DNA of 64,000 nt from Clostridia bacterium (lineage in GTDB: Bacteria > Bacillota > Clostridia > Oscillospirales > CAG-272). The translations under genes were made by a program, and so were the position numbers. The DNA is taken from contig JAGBTM010000025.1 in assembly GCA_017631325.1 (NCBI GenBank), positions 2,620 to 66,619 on the forward strand. Direction: 5' to 3'. Below are positions 46,979 to 56,845 of this stretch, in pieces; position 1 is the stretch's first letter, and every line of letters begins with the position of its first letter. The notes under the pieces are model-generated. The model did no database searches and had not been told where the DNA came from. It saw nothing but the letters and a program-made list of their open reading frames with translations.

Positions 46979-47521
46979 ATGAGTAATATTAACGAAATGA
47001 ACCAGGGTCCCAGATGGTACGTTGCTCACACTTATACAGGTTACGAAAACAAGGTCAAGGACAGCATCGAAAAGATTGTTGAAAACAGAGGTCTTGGACA
47101 TCTAATTTACGATGTCAAGGTTCCTATCGAAACCTCGGTTGAGGTAAACGACAAGGGCGAAGAAAAGATTATCGAAACCAAGCTTTTCCCCAGCTACGTC
47201 TTTGTGAAAATGACGATGACCGATGAATCCTGGCACGTTGTCAGAAACATCACCGGCGTCACGGGATTCGTAGGCCCCGGCTCAGAGCCTACCCCTCTTA
47301 CCGATGCAGAAATTGAAATGTTCAGCGTTGAGGTTAGCTCCGAGGAGTTCAAGTTCAAAATCGGTGACAGAGTTGAGGTTGTATCCGGCATCTTCGAGGG
47401 ATACTCGGGTACTCTTCAGGAAATCAGTGAGGACAAGAAGCAGCTTGTCGTTCTTGCTTCCACTGAAAGACGCGACATTCCTATCATGGTTGAAACCAAG
47501 GACGTGCGTCTGGCGGAATAA
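46979..47521 (+). CDS. nusG: Transcription termination/antitermination factor NusG
   Basis: 180 aa; NGN motif WYVAHTYTGYENKV and a KOW region. Confidence 0.9.
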   Translation: MSNINEMNQGPRWYVAHTYTGYENKVKDSIEKIVENRGLGHLIYDVKVPIETSVEVNDKGEEKIIETKLFPSYVFVKMTMTDESWHVVRNITGVTGFVGPGSEPTPLTDAEIEMFSVEVSSEEFKFKIGDRVEVVSGIFEGYSGTLQEISEDKKQLVVLASTERRDIPIMVETKDVRLAE

Positions 47522-47614
47522 CAATTCCCTATCGCTTCACACGAAGCATTCGTGGGAGGGAGAAAAATTTTTAATTCTCCCGACAAAAATTACCACATTT
47601 GGAGGTTTATTAAC

Positions 47615-48040
47615 ATGGCTAAGAAAATTCAAGGTTACATTAAATTGCAACTTCCTGCCGGCAAGGCTACTCCCCAGCCCCCCGTAGGTCCCGCACTCGG
47701 TCAGTACGGTGTTTCCATTCCTAACTTTACTAAGGAGTTCAACGAGAGAACTAAGAATGATATCGGTCTTATAATCCCCGTTATCATCACCGTTTACGCA
47801 GACCGTTCCTTTACGTTCGTTACCAAGACTCCCCCCGCAGCAGTTCTTATCAAGAAGGCATGCGGCATCGAGACTGCTTCCGCTGTTCCTAACAAGACCA
47901 AGGTTGCTACTCTCTCTAAAGAGCAGGTTCGCAAGATTGCTGAAACTAAAATGCCCGACCTCAATGCTGCTTCTATCGAGGCTGCTATGAGCATGGTCGC
48001 AGGTACCGCCCGCAGCATGGGTGTTACCGTAGAAGAGTAA
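47615..48040 (+). CDS. rplK: 50S ribosomal protein L11
   Basis: Start trimmed to [29 protein letters not shown], after a GGAGG SD. Confidence 0.95.
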   Translation: MAKKIQGYIKLQLPAGKATPQPPVGPALGQYGVSIPNFTKEFNERTKNDIGLIIPVIITVYADRSFTFVTKTPPAAVLIKKACGIETASAVPNKTKVATLSKEQVRKIAETKMPDLNAASIEAAMSMVAGTARSMGVTVEE

Positions 48041-48055
48041 TAGGAGGACATTGAG

Positions 48056-48751
48056 ATGGCTAAATTTGGTAAAAAGTACAATGCAAGCGCAAGTCTTGTA
48101 GATAAATCTAAGCTCTACGACGTAAACGAGGCTGTTGAGCTCGTTTGTCAGACTGCTAAGGCTAAGTTTGACGAGACCGTAGAAATTCACATCAGACTCG
48201 GCGTTGACTCCCGTCACGCTGACCAGCAGGTTAGAGGCGCTATCGTTCTTCCTAACGGAACCGGTAAGACCGTAAGAACCCTCGTATTCGCTCGTGGCGA
48301 CAAGGCAGAGGCTGCTCTTGCAGCAGGCGCTGATTTCGTTGGTGCTGAGGATATGGTTCAGAAGATTCAGACCGAGAACTGGTTTGACTTCGACGTTGTT
48401 ATCGCTTCTCCCGACATGATGGGCGTTATCGGACGTCTCGGTAAGGTGCTTGGTCCTAAGGGCCTTATGCCTAACCCCAAGGCCGGTACCGTTACTCCTG
48501 ACGTTGCAAAGGCTGTTCAGGAAGCAAAGGCCGGTAAGATTGAGTATCGTCTTGACAAAACAAACATCATTCACTGCCCCATTGGAAAGGCATCGTTTGG
48601 CGTTGAGAAGCTCACCGAGAACTTCAACACTCTCGTTGGCGCTGTTATCAAGGCTAAGCCCGCTGCTGCAAAGGGCCAGTACATCAAGAGCTGTGTAGTA
48701 GCTACTACCATGGGCCCTGGCATCAAGGTAAACTACGCTAAGCTTGGCTAA
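48056..48751 (+). CDS. rplA: 50S ribosomal protein L1
   Basis: 231 aa; [14 protein letters not shown] and GPRG-type ([10 protein letters not shown]) motifs. Confidence 0.95.
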   Translation: MAKFGKKYNASASLVDKSKLYDVNEAVELVCQTAKAKFDETVEIHIRLGVDSRHADQQVRGAIVLPNGTGKTVRTLVFARGDKAEAALAAGADFVGAEDMVQKIQTENWFDFDVVIASPDMMGVIGRLGKVLGPKGLMPNPKAGTVTPDVAKAVQEAKAGKIEYRLDKTNIIHCPIGKASFGVEKLTENFNTLVGAVIKAKPAAAKGQYIKSCVVATTMGPGIKVNYAKLG

Positions 48752-48796
48752 TATTACGCGTGCGCGTCTATATAATAATGTAGATTAGCTATGCGC

Positions 48797-48835
48797 AAAA
48801 GGAGTACGAACCGAGTTCGTACTCCTTTTAATTTT
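48797..48835 (+). terminator. Rho-independent terminator directly after rplA
   Basis: GGAGTACGAAC-CGA-GTTCGTACTCC followed by TTTTAATTTT. Confidence 0.8.
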
Positions 48836-48885
48836 GTTTTTCCGTTTTTGCGCTGAAAATCATGGCTTAAAGGACGGGCTTTGCA

Positions 48886-49064
48886 GCTTTGTATTTGCAA
48901 TTTTTTTCGCTCTTATGATTTTTCAGATAGCTTTATGTTTGCAATCATTTTTCGCCCTTATGATTTTTCGGATAGCTTTGTGTTTGTAATCATTTTTCGT
49001 TCTTATAATTTTTCGGATAGCTTTGTGTTTGTAATCATTTTTCGTTCTTATAATTTTTCAAAAT
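48886..49064. repeat. 45-bp tandem repeat, 4 copies; the last copy is the 3' end of the AraC gene
   Basis: Units start at 48886, 48930, 48975 and 49020 (GCTTTGTGTTTGTAATCATTTTTCGTTCTTATAATTTTTCGGATA). Divergence increases away from the gene. Confidence 0.9.
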
Positions 49065-49793
49065 GCTGTTTCGGTACTGTGTCGGAGTATAGCCCATTCT
49101 CTGCTTAAACAGGCGCGAAAAATAGTTGTGGTCCTCGATACCTACGGCACGTGATATATCGCGTACTGACTCGGTGTTCGCCAAAAGCAGACTTTTTGCT
49201 TCTTCAAGGCGCACGTCAAGAAGGTAGCTTACGATGGATTTTCCCACCTCTTTTTTGAACACGGTATCACAATAAACGGGTGAAAAGTGCATCTGTCGGC
49301 CTATCTCGGAAAGTATTATTTTTTCAGTTAGGTGAGAGTGGATATATCGAATAATACCCTCGGTGAGATTACTATACACCTCCTTTGGCTTCTCTTGGAT
49401 TAGGTGCAGTATACAGGAAAGGACGTACCCTATGCGTCTTTCACACTCACCCTTTGGCATGCGGGCAAGCTCATCGCAGGCGGCGATAAGATGGCTTATT
49501 TCACGGCTTATGCCGTTTTCGATTACCGTTTCAAGACCGAAGTCCTCGTCGCACTGAAAATTGAAGCTGACGTAGTCAGCCTTGCCACGTCCCAAATCTC
49601 TGGCCCTCAGGTCTCCGTATCGCAAAAAGAGAAGGTCACCCGGCTCTAAGAGGACGGGCTGAGAGTTAATGCGATATTCCATTTGACCGTCAAGCATTAC
49701 TGTAAGCTCGTAATAAAAAATTTTGCGCGAGGATATTTTGGGCGCCAGTGCGTATCTATTGTGTCGGTAATAAAGCAAATTGATGTCTGTCAT
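49035..49793 (-). CDS. AraC-family transcriptional regulator
   Basis: 252 aa; cupin-like N-terminus and HTH ...NYFSRLFKQRMGYTPTQYR. Confidence 0.85.
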   Translation of the reverse strand: MTDINLLYYRHNRYALAPKISSRKIFYYELTVMLDGQMEYRINSQPVLLEPGDLLFLRYGDLRARDLGRGKADYVSFNFQCDEDFGLETVIENGISREISHLIAACDELARMPKGECERRIGYVLSCILHLIQEKPKEVYSNLTEGIIRYIHSHLTEKIILSEIGRQMHFSPVYCDTVFKKEVGKSIVSYLLDVRLEEAKSLLLANTESVRDISRAVGIEDHNYFSRLFKQRMGYTPTQYRNSILKNYKNEK

Positions 49794-49911
49794 ATCTTAA
49801 TATTATGCTATTTCTCCTCAAAAATATAAAGATTTTCGCGTGTCCTTTATAGAAAATAATGCTATTATTATCTTACCACAAAACTAACGCTATGTCAAGG
49901 AGAATTATATT

Positions 49912-50025
49912 ATGATACAACTCTCGGCATTTGCGCACGAGGTAGGTGGAGCGCTTGAGCCGCATCTTAGAACATTGGCAGCTACAATGAGGTTGACGGC
50001 AAGTCATATTTGTAAGCTTCAATGA
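49912..50025 (+). pseudogene. Truncated remnant (37 codons) resembling the N-terminus of a sugar-phosphate isomerase/epimerase (xylose-isomerase-like TIM barrel)
   Basis: AGGAG SD plus ATG. MIQLSAFAHEVGGALEPHLRTLAA... resembles the typical M-K-L-S-A-F-A-D-E start of that family, then stops early. Confidence 0.35.
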
Positions 50026-50057
50026 AATTGTCGGTGAGGAACGGTTGCTAATAAAAA

Positions 50058-50105
50058 GGCAGAGACTAGGCTTCGCAGCGAGTGGGAAGCCTTCTCTGTC
50101 TTTTT
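50058..50105 (+). terminator. Rho-independent terminator
   Basis: Long hairpin GGCAGAGA..AGGCTTC-loop-GAAGCCT..TCTCTGTC followed by TTTTT. Confidence 0.7.
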
Positions 50106-50163
50106 ATAGGCGAATAAATAATCAAATGCAAAAGCGATATATTTAAAAAAATGTGGTCACGAG

Positions 50164-51138
50164 CTAATCTGTGATAAGCTCTACAAGCTCGCTTGAGGTC
50201 ATAGAGAAAATATAGTTTGAAACGGAGATGGTTGCTATAAGCTCTTTCAGACCTTGAATTTTGGTGCCACGTATAAGATTTTCAAGCTCTGGGATCGGCC
50301 TTGTGCCAAAGAAGTCGCCTGAAATTTTTATATCGGAAATATTATCTCCGCGCATATCAAGACTGCACTCAACAATGCCAAACGGATAGCGTTTTTTCTT
50401 GGTTACAGTATATTTTGAGAGGTAATCGCGATTAGGAAAAATCCATTCTGCCGAGCAATTTCTCCTGTAAATTGAATTTATTGCCTCATTTGACGGAGTT
50501 TCTATGATTTCGGGATTGTACTTGTTTATAACGTAATCGGCGACAAGACGAATGAAGCTGTCGGTCGTAATTTTCTTATCCATAAGCTCTGAAATATTCA
50601 CAACGCGCGAACGAGCGGATTTCATAGCTTTCGATTTTATCTTCTCGGGGTCGACGTTAAGAGCCGAGGACAAGACGTCGAGGTCTGTGTCAAAAAGCAG
50701 AGTTCCGTGATGCAAAACTCTCTGCCCTACTCTGTGCTGTGCGTTACCCGAAATTTTCCTATCACCATCTGCGACAAGGTCGTTGCGACCGGAGAGCGTC
50801 ACGCGTACTCCAAGGGAAAAGAGAGCCTCTATAATCGGAGATGTGAAATATGAAAAATCAATTCCTTCCTTTCCGTCAGAGGAAATGAAGGTGTAATTTA
50901 CGTTTCCGAGGTCGTGGTATACCGCCCCTCCGCCCGTAATTCTGCGGGCTATTTTTATATTTTCATTATCGGTGTAAGCTCTGTTGATTTCAGCGTAGGC
51001 ATTTTGATTTCTGCCTATAACGACGGTAGGTGCGTTCTGCCATAGCATAAAAATCTCGTCCTCGGAATTTAAAAATAAATATTCCTCTATGGCGAGATTA
51101 AGATATGGGTCGTGAGTATCAAGAACTAAAAATTTCAT
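50164..51138 (-). CDS. lplA: Lipoate--protein ligase
   Basis: Start trimmed to MKFLVLDTHDPYLNLAIEEYLF. It has RRITGGGAVYHD and a KISGNAQ lysine motif. Confidence 0.85.
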   Translation of the reverse strand: MKFLVLDTHDPYLNLAIEEYLFLNSEDEIFMLWQNAPTVVIGRNQNAYAEINRAYTDNENIKIARRITGGGAVYHDLGNVNYTFISSDGKEGIDFSYFTSPIIEALFSLGVRVTLSGRNDLVADGDRKISGNAQHRVGQRVLHHGTLLFDTDLDVLSSALNVDPEKIKSKAMKSARSRVVNISELMDKKITTDSFIRLVADYVINKYNPEIIETPSNEAINSIYRRNCSAEWIFPNRDYLSKYTVTKKKRYPFGIVECSLDMRGDNISDIKISGDFFGTRPIPELENLIRGTKIQGLKELIATISVSNYIFSMTSSELVELITD

Positions 51139-51200
51139 ACATATACCAATATATATCGGGTGCAAAGCACCCGATGTATAGCCTACTTTTTATTAAATAC

Positions 51201-51583
51201 CGAGTGAAGAGTCAGCCGAGCCGTCCGAAAAAAGCGTGGACGAGCCTCGCCCGAGGCCGAGCCACATATACCGGACGCATTGAAGCGAGGAGTGGCTGAA
51301 GTTCAGCCGAATGTCCGTAAAAATCACAGACGAGCCTCGCCCGAGGCCGAGCCACATATACCGGACGCATTGAAGCGAAGAGTGGCTGAAATTCAACCGA
51401 ATGTCCGTAAAAATCACAGACGAGCCCCGCCCGAGGCCGAGCCACATATAGCGGACGCCTTGAAGCGAGGAGTGGCTGAAGTTCAGCCGAATGTCCGTAA
51501 AAATCACAGACGAGCCTCGCCCGAGGCCGAGCCACATATACCGGTCGGCCTTGAGCTGAGGGGAGCTAAAGTTCAGCCGAGCC
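51201..51583. repeat. 90-bp tandem repeat, about 4.3 copies
   Basis: CGAGCCTCGC recurs at 51241, 51331, 51421 and 51511, with degenerate partial copies at both ends. Each unit carries the palindromes GCCTCG-CC-CGAGGC and GGCTGAA-G-TTCAGCC. The array starts right after the E1 stop codon. Confidence 0.9.
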
Positions 51584-51588
51584 TTTTA

Positions 51589-54075
51589 TTAAAGGCCGAG
51601 CTTAGCTCTCTCTACCTTCTCGATATTGGTGAAGTTGTTGGTCGGAACGTGTCCTGCAAGAGGCATAATCTTCTCGTGAAGAGCGTCGATAATCCAATCA
51701 GCCTGCGGGAAGAAGGACTTCTCAAGCTCAAACGCGGGAGTTATCCAGTTACGAGAACCTACTACAACGGGCGGGCCGTCGAGGTAGTCGAAGCAAAGCT
51801 CGGTGATGTTGGACGCCATATCTCTCATTACGGAGTCACGCTCGCAAGCGTCACCAACGAGGATAATCTTACCGGTCTTCTTAACCGACTCGATAACCTT
51901 CTCGTAGTTGAAGGGAACGATAGAACGCGCGTCGATAATCTCTGCGGATACGCCGTACTTCTCCTCGAGAATCTTTGCAGCGTCAAGAGCTCTGTAAAGA
52001 ACTGCACCGATGGTAAGAATAGTAACGTCCTTACCTGCCTTCTTGATATCGGGCTCGCCGAAGGGTACCTCGTAGTGACCCTCGGGAACACCGTCCTTCT
52101 TGAACTGCTCGCCGAAGCCGTAAATTCTCTGAGACTCAAAGAATACGACGGGGTCGGTTCCCTCGAGGGCCGAGGTCATAAGACCCTTGGAGTCTGCGGG
52201 AGTTGCCGGGAATACAACCTTAAGGCCGGGAATGTGAGCACAGAGTGCCGTCCAGTCCTGAGAGTGCTGCGCGCCGTACTTAGAGCCTACCGATACACGA
52301 AGAGTGATGGGCATCTTAAGAATACCGGCGGACATAGCCTGCCATTTAGCCATCTGGTTGAAGATTTCGTCACCTGCACAGCCGATGAAGTCAGCGTACA
52401 TAAGCTCTACAATTGCACGGCCACCGCACATAGCGTAGCCTACGGCAGAGCCAACGATAGCGGACTCGGAAATGGGCGAGTTGAAGAAACGGTGATAAGG
52501 AACTGCATCGGTCATCTTCTTGTAAACGCCGAACGCACCGCCCCAGTCACGATTATCCTCACCGTATGCGATGAGAGTGGGGTCGTCGTAGAACTTGTCG
52601 ATGATGGGCTCAAAGAGAGCGTCGCAGACGTTGTACATCTTCATCTTGGAAACGGGCTTGCCGTTTGCATCGGTTGCAGTACGGATCTTACCCTTGATTT
52701 CCTTAACTCTCGGGCACTCCTCCTTGGGCATGAGCATTTCTGCCTCACGCTCGGGCTCCATGCTCTTAACCTTCTGGTTGGAGAACATGATAGAGGAAAT
52801 TGCATCGGGCTCCTTGTTGAGATCCATACGGGGAGAGATGTCGTCGTTAATAGCAAGCTTCATGATCTCGGTCATGCGGTTTGTAATATCCTCGTGAAGC
52901 TTTGCAATCTCGTTCTCGGTTGCAATCTTGCCCTTGACAAGCTTGTTCTTGAACGCGAGGATAGGATCTGCTGCCTTCCAAGCATCAATTTCCTCCTGGG
53001 TACGATAGGTCGATGAGTCGGAGGGTGAGTGACCGGATACGCGGTAGGTAACCACATCGAGAAGCGCGGGACCCTTGCCCTCAAGAAGAAGATTCTTCTT
53101 GCGAGTTACAGCGTCGATAACTGCGAGAGGATCGTAGCCGTTTACGCGCTCTGCGTGCATCTGGCTGGGGTTAAAGCCTGCGCCAAGGCGAGCAACCATA
53201 TCAAAGCCCATGGTTTCGCCACGGGTCTGACCACCCATGCCATAGTGGTTGTTGAATACGTTGAAGAGTATGGGCATACCGCCGTCGCTGAACTTACCGT
53301 CCATACCCCAGAGCTTAGTAATCTGGTCCATGGAAGCAAAGTTGAGAGCCTCGAGAACGGGGCCGCGGCCGGTAGCACCGTCACCACAGTTAGAGATAAT
53401 GATACCGGGCTTATGGTTGGAGCGCTTATAAAGAGCTGCACCGAGTGCGATAGGTGCGCTTGCACCAACTATCGCGTTATTAGGCATAAGGCCGAAGGGG
53501 ATAAAGAAGGCGTGCATCGAGCCGCCAAGACCGCGGTTAAAGCCGGTCTTGCGTGCAAAAATCTCTGCAAGTGCGCCGTAAAGAAGGAAGTTTATAGCAA
53601 GCTCCTTGATGTTGCCTCCTGCGTTCATGTGCTTCTCGACAACAGAGAGAACAGAACCGCCAAGGAACTCCTTCATTATGTCGTAAAGCTCGTTATCGTC
53701 GAGCTTGTAGATTGACGAGAGACCCTTTGCAAGAATTTCACCGTGGCTACGGTGAGAGCCGAACGAGAAGTCGTTGATGTCAAGGCAGTAAGCCTCACCG
53801 ACAGCAGAAGCCTCCTGACCTATGGAAAGGTGCGCAGGACCGGGGTTGTTGTAGCTAACGCCGTTGTACTCGCTCTTAACCTTTACCTCGTTGAGCATCG
53901 TTTCAAACTCGCGGATTATCGCCATGTCACGATAGATGCGAAGGAAATCGTCCTTGGTGTAGATTTTCTTCTCCTCTGCCAGTGTCTTCTTGTACTGACA
54001 AACGGGAATGTCTTCAAAATGTATAAAGCCTGATTCAAAGGCTTTGCCGGGGTCTACGTATTGACTTTTAGGCAT
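51589..54075 (-). CDS. Fused alpha+beta E1 component of a 2-oxoacid/acetoin dehydrogenase complex (TPP-dependent)
   Basis: 828 aa. The N-terminal half is E1-alpha-like (TPP motif GDGATGRG...NN) and the C-terminal half is E1-beta-like ([22 protein letters not shown]). Confidence 0.85.
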   Translation of the reverse strand: MPKSQYVDPGKAFESGFIHFEDIPVCQYKKTLAEEKKIYTKDDFLRIYRDMAIIREFETMLNEVKVKSEYNGVSYNNPGPAHLSIGQEASAVGEAYCLDINDFSFGSHRSHGEILAKGLSSIYKLDDNELYDIMKEFLGGSVLSVVEKHMNAGGNIKELAINFLLYGALAEIFARKTGFNRGLGGSMHAFFIPFGLMPNNAIVGASAPIALGAALYKRSNHKPGIIISNCGDGATGRGPVLEALNFASMDQITKLWGMDGKFSDGGMPILFNVFNNHYGMGGQTRGETMGFDMVARLGAGFNPSQMHAERVNGYDPLAVIDAVTRKKNLLLEGKGPALLDVVTYRVSGHSPSDSSTYRTQEEIDAWKAADPILAFKNKLVKGKIATENEIAKLHEDITNRMTEIMKLAINDDISPRMDLNKEPDAISSIMFSNQKVKSMEPEREAEMLMPKEECPRVKEIKGKIRTATDANGKPVSKMKMYNVCDALFEPIIDKFYDDPTLIAYGEDNRDWGGAFGVYKKMTDAVPYHRFFNSPISESAIVGSAVGYAMCGGRAIVELMYADFIGCAGDEIFNQMAKWQAMSAGILKMPITLRVSVGSKYGAQHSQDWTALCAHIPGLKVVFPATPADSKGLMTSALEGTDPVVFFESQRIYGFGEQFKKDGVPEGHYEVPFGEPDIKKAGKDVTILTIGAVLYRALDAAKILEEKYGVSAEIIDARSIVPFNYEKVIESVKKTGKIILVGDACERDSVMRDMASNITELCFDYLDGPPVVVGSRNWITPAFELEKSFFPQADWIIDALHEKIMPLAGHVPTNNFTNIEKVERAKLGL

Positions 54076-54101
54076 TGTTTTGCTCCTTTAATTAATATTT
54101 A

Positions 54102-55460
54102 TCACATAAACATTGCTTCGCGTATAACCTCGCAGACCGTGGGGTGCGGGAACACGAGCTTCTGTACGTCACTGACACGCATTTCGGTTTCAACCATCAT
54201 TGCCGCGCCGTAGATAATCTCGGACGCGTAAGAGCCTATCATGTGAACACCAATAATGTTGTGATGCTTATTATCGGTTATAATCTTAACTATTCCGTTA
54301 CCGTGCTCGTTCTCTGCAATATAGCGGCCGCTATACTTAAGAGTAACGGTCTCGACAGATGCATCAAGTCCCTTCTCCTTAATGGATTCGGTGGTTTCGC
54401 CAACCGATGCAACCTCGGGATTAGTGTAGATAACCGCAGGAATAGAATTGTAGTTAATTCTGTCCTTTTTGCCAAGGATATTGTTGATACAAACCTCGCC
54501 CTCGCGATATGCGGTGTGAGCAAGCATAGACTTACCGTTTACGTCGCCTGCAGCCCATACGCCAGGTACGTTGGTTTTGCCGTATTCGTCGGTGACGATA
54601 GCACCGCGCTCAAGCTTGAGACCGATGTTCTCACAGCCGATGCCGGCAGTTCTCGGACGACGTCCAATAGATACGAGAGCGTAGTCTGCCTCGATTTTTG
54701 TAGTCTTTCCGTCCTTTTCGTAGGTAACGGCCTTGTCCTTGATGGAGGTCACCTTAGCGCCGAGAATAAACTCAACGCCACGGGAAGCGTACTCCTTCTC
54801 AAGCATATTTGCAATCTCACGGTCAACTGCACCTGCTATGTGGTCCATCATTTCAACAACGTAGACCTTAGCACCTGTGGAATTGAAGTAAGACGCCATC
54901 TCAAGACCGATAACGCCGCCGCCGACTACTACGATAGTCTTAGGAAGCGCGGGCAGGTCAAGAACCTCGCGGTTAGTAAGAGCAAAGCCCGACTTAAGAG
55001 AATCTGCAAGTCCCTCGATAGGAGGAAGCGCGGGGGCTGAGCCGGTCGCTATCATAATCTGCTTTGCGACGTACTCCTTGCCCTCTGCAACAACCACGAA
55101 GCCTTCTGCGTTTCTCTCCTTAATCGAAGCGGTAGCCTTGACTACCTCGACCTTGGACTTTCTGAGCTTTGCGCCAACGCCGGAAACGAGCTGCTTTACA
55201 ACCTTGTTCTTGCGCTCTACTACGAATGCATGGTCGATTTTAGCATCAGCAAACGTTACACCGTAATCTGCGCCATGCTTTGCATAATCGAAAATTTTTG
55301 CAGAATAAAGAAGGGTTTTGGTGGGGATACAGCCCTCGTTAAGACAAACGCCTCCTAGCGCTCTCTCCTCGATAACGAGGGTTTTAAGACCTGCGTGGCC
55401 TGCGCGCTCTGCAGCGTTATAGCCTGCGGGACCGCCACCGAGAATTATCAAATCGTACAT
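54102..55460 (-). CDS. lpdA: Dihydrolipoyl dehydrogenase (E3)
   Basis: Start trimmed to MYDLIILGGGPAGY. Redox disulfide GGVCLNEGCIPTK; C-terminal HPT motif. Confidence 0.9.
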   Translation of the reverse strand: MYDLIILGGGPAGYNAAERAGHAGLKTLVIEERALGGVCLNEGCIPTKTLLYSAKIFDYAKHGADYGVTFADAKIDHAFVVERKNKVVKQLVSGVGAKLRKSKVEVVKATASIKERNAEGFVVVAEGKEYVAKQIMIATGSAPALPPIEGLADSLKSGFALTNREVLDLPALPKTIVVVGGGVIGLEMASYFNSTGAKVYVVEMMDHIAGAVDREIANMLEKEYASRGVEFILGAKVTSIKDKAVTYEKDGKTTKIEADYALVSIGRRPRTAGIGCENIGLKLERGAIVTDEYGKTNVPGVWAAGDVNGKSMLAHTAYREGEVCINNILGKKDRINYNSIPAVIYTNPEVASVGETTESIKEKGLDASVETVTLKYSGRYIAENEHGNGIVKIITDNKHHNIIGVHMIGSYASEIIYGAAMMVETEMRVSDVQKLVFPHPTVCEVIREAMFM

Positions 55461-55477
55461 CAGATACACTTCCCTTC

Positions 55478-56818
55478 TTACTTCGCCATGAGAATGTCGA
55501 TATTCTCAAGAGCAAAGCCTACGTCCTGAAGGAATCTTGCTGCGTCTGCTCCGTCGAGAACTCTGTGGTCAACGGTAAGAGAAAGTCCCATAGCCGAGTA
55601 AACCACGTCCTCACCGTCCACCTCCTTGATGCGCTTGGTTACGCAGTCAATACCGAGAATTGCGGTCTGGGGCGGATTAATGATGGGAGTAAAGGACTCG
55701 ATACCGAGCGAGCCGAGGTTAGAGATGGTAAAGGTTGCACCCTTAAGATAGTCGGGGTTGATAGTACCGCTCTGCGCAGAGGTGATAACCGACTTTGCAG
55801 CCTTGGAAATATCGTTGAGCGACATCTTATCAGCGCCGAATACGGTAGGAACCATAAGTCCGCGCTCGGTGTCAACTGCGATACCGAGATTTACGGTATT
55901 GAAGTAACGCATCGTGTCATCAAGACAGTGTGCGTTGAAGCCGCGGTGCTTGGGATAACGAAGCACGCGGGATACTGCATAAAGAATAATGTCGTTGAGA
56001 GTAATGTTTGCAAGACCCATCTTCTCTGCTCCTGCCTTGAGCGACTTACGAAGTGCAAGAAGCTTGGTAGCGTCAAAGGTGGAATTGAACGTAAGCTGCG
56101 CCATGCCGTTAAGCGATGCACACATCTGCTTTGCGATAATCTTGCGAATGTTGGGAAGCTTGACGTCCTCGTACTCTGCTACTGCTGCTGCAGGTGCAGT
56201 TGACGCGACAGATACGGGTGCTGCGCTGAGGTCTGCGAGCATAACCTTTCCGTTGATGCCGCTGCCCTCCACTGCCGAGCTGTAGGCGTCCTTTGCGGCG
56301 CCGGATACGGTAAGTCCCATATCTACGAGCTTCTGAACGTCTCTTTCTATAATTCTGCCGTTAGGACCGGTGGGCACAGCCTTAAGAAGATCTGCGCTGG
56401 TCTTTTCAGCAAGAATTTTTGCACGGGGAGAGATAGAGCCTACGCCCTCCGTTGCCGAAGCCACGGGAGTGCTTGCTACGGGAGCCTCAGCCTCAGCCTT
56501 GGGTGTCTCTGCTGCTGAAGGTGCGCTCTCGGCTGCGGGTGCGTCCTCGCCCTTAGGCACGTATGCGGATACGTCCTCGCCGTCCTTACCGATTACGAGT
56601 ACGTTCTCAAGACAAGGAACGTCGTCGCCCTCTTCTCTGAATATCGCAAGTATCTTACCTGACTCGGGTGCGGGCTCGTCAAAGGAAGATTTATCAGTTT
56701 CGTAGGAGAAAAGGATATCGCCCTTTTCAACGGTATCGCCAACCTTCTTATTGAAGGCTGTGATAATGCAACTTTCAACGCTCTGTCCCTGACGGGGCAT
56801 AATTACGACTGTTGCCAT
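55478..56818 (-). CDS. Dihydrolipoamide acyltransferase (E2)
   Basis: 446 aa; lipoyl domain (YETDKSSF), an A/P-rich linker, a subunit-binding domain, and the catalytic DHRVLDG. Confidence 0.9.
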   Translation of the reverse strand: MATVVIMPRQGQSVESCIITAFNKKVGDTVEKGDILFSYETDKSSFDEPAPESGKILAIFREEGDDVPCLENVLVIGKDGEDVSAYVPKGEDAPAAESAPSAAETPKAEAEAPVASTPVASATEGVGSISPRAKILAEKTSADLLKAVPTGPNGRIIERDVQKLVDMGLTVSGAAKDAYSSAVEGSGINGKVMLADLSAAPVSVASTAPAAAVAEYEDVKLPNIRKIIAKQMCASLNGMAQLTFNSTFDATKLLALRKSLKAGAEKMGLANITLNDIILYAVSRVLRYPKHRGFNAHCLDDTMRYFNTVNLGIAVDTERGLMVPTVFGADKMSLNDISKAAKSVITSAQSGTINPDYLKGATFTISNLGSLGIESFTPIINPPQTAILGIDCVTKRIKEVDGEDVVYSAMGLSLTVDHRVLDGADAARFLQDVGFALENIDILMAK

Positions 56819-56845
56819 TTTGTAACTCCTTTGTATAGTTTTGAT

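Noticed and set aside
47537-48574. 345-aa minus-strand ORF
   Set aside because: It is antisense to rplK and rplA, which are unambiguous. It has no RBS and low-complexity composition.
48881-49108. 75-aa plus-strand ORF made of FRSY(D/N)FSDSF units
   Set aside because: It is a read-through of the 45-bp tandem repeat (period divisible by 3), has no RBS, and overlaps the AraC gene end.
51193-51537. The 114-aa and 107-aa minus-strand ORFs, and the 5' part of the 578-aa plus-strand ORF, as repeat-containing proteins
   Set aside because: All three frames are open only because the repeat period is a multiple of 3. There is no RBS, the composition is implausible (R/G/L/S-rich), and the frames overlap one another.
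51201-51583. Could the 90-bp array (or the 45-bp and 19-bp arrays) be a CRISPR array?
   Set aside because: The units are directly adjacent with no unique spacers, periods are constant, and no cas genes are in the window. These are plain tandem repeats.
51280-53016. 578-aa plus-strand ORF
   Set aside because: It is antisense to a clearly recognisable E1 gene, has no motifs and is V/L/G/N-rich. It is an artefact of codon bias in the sense gene.
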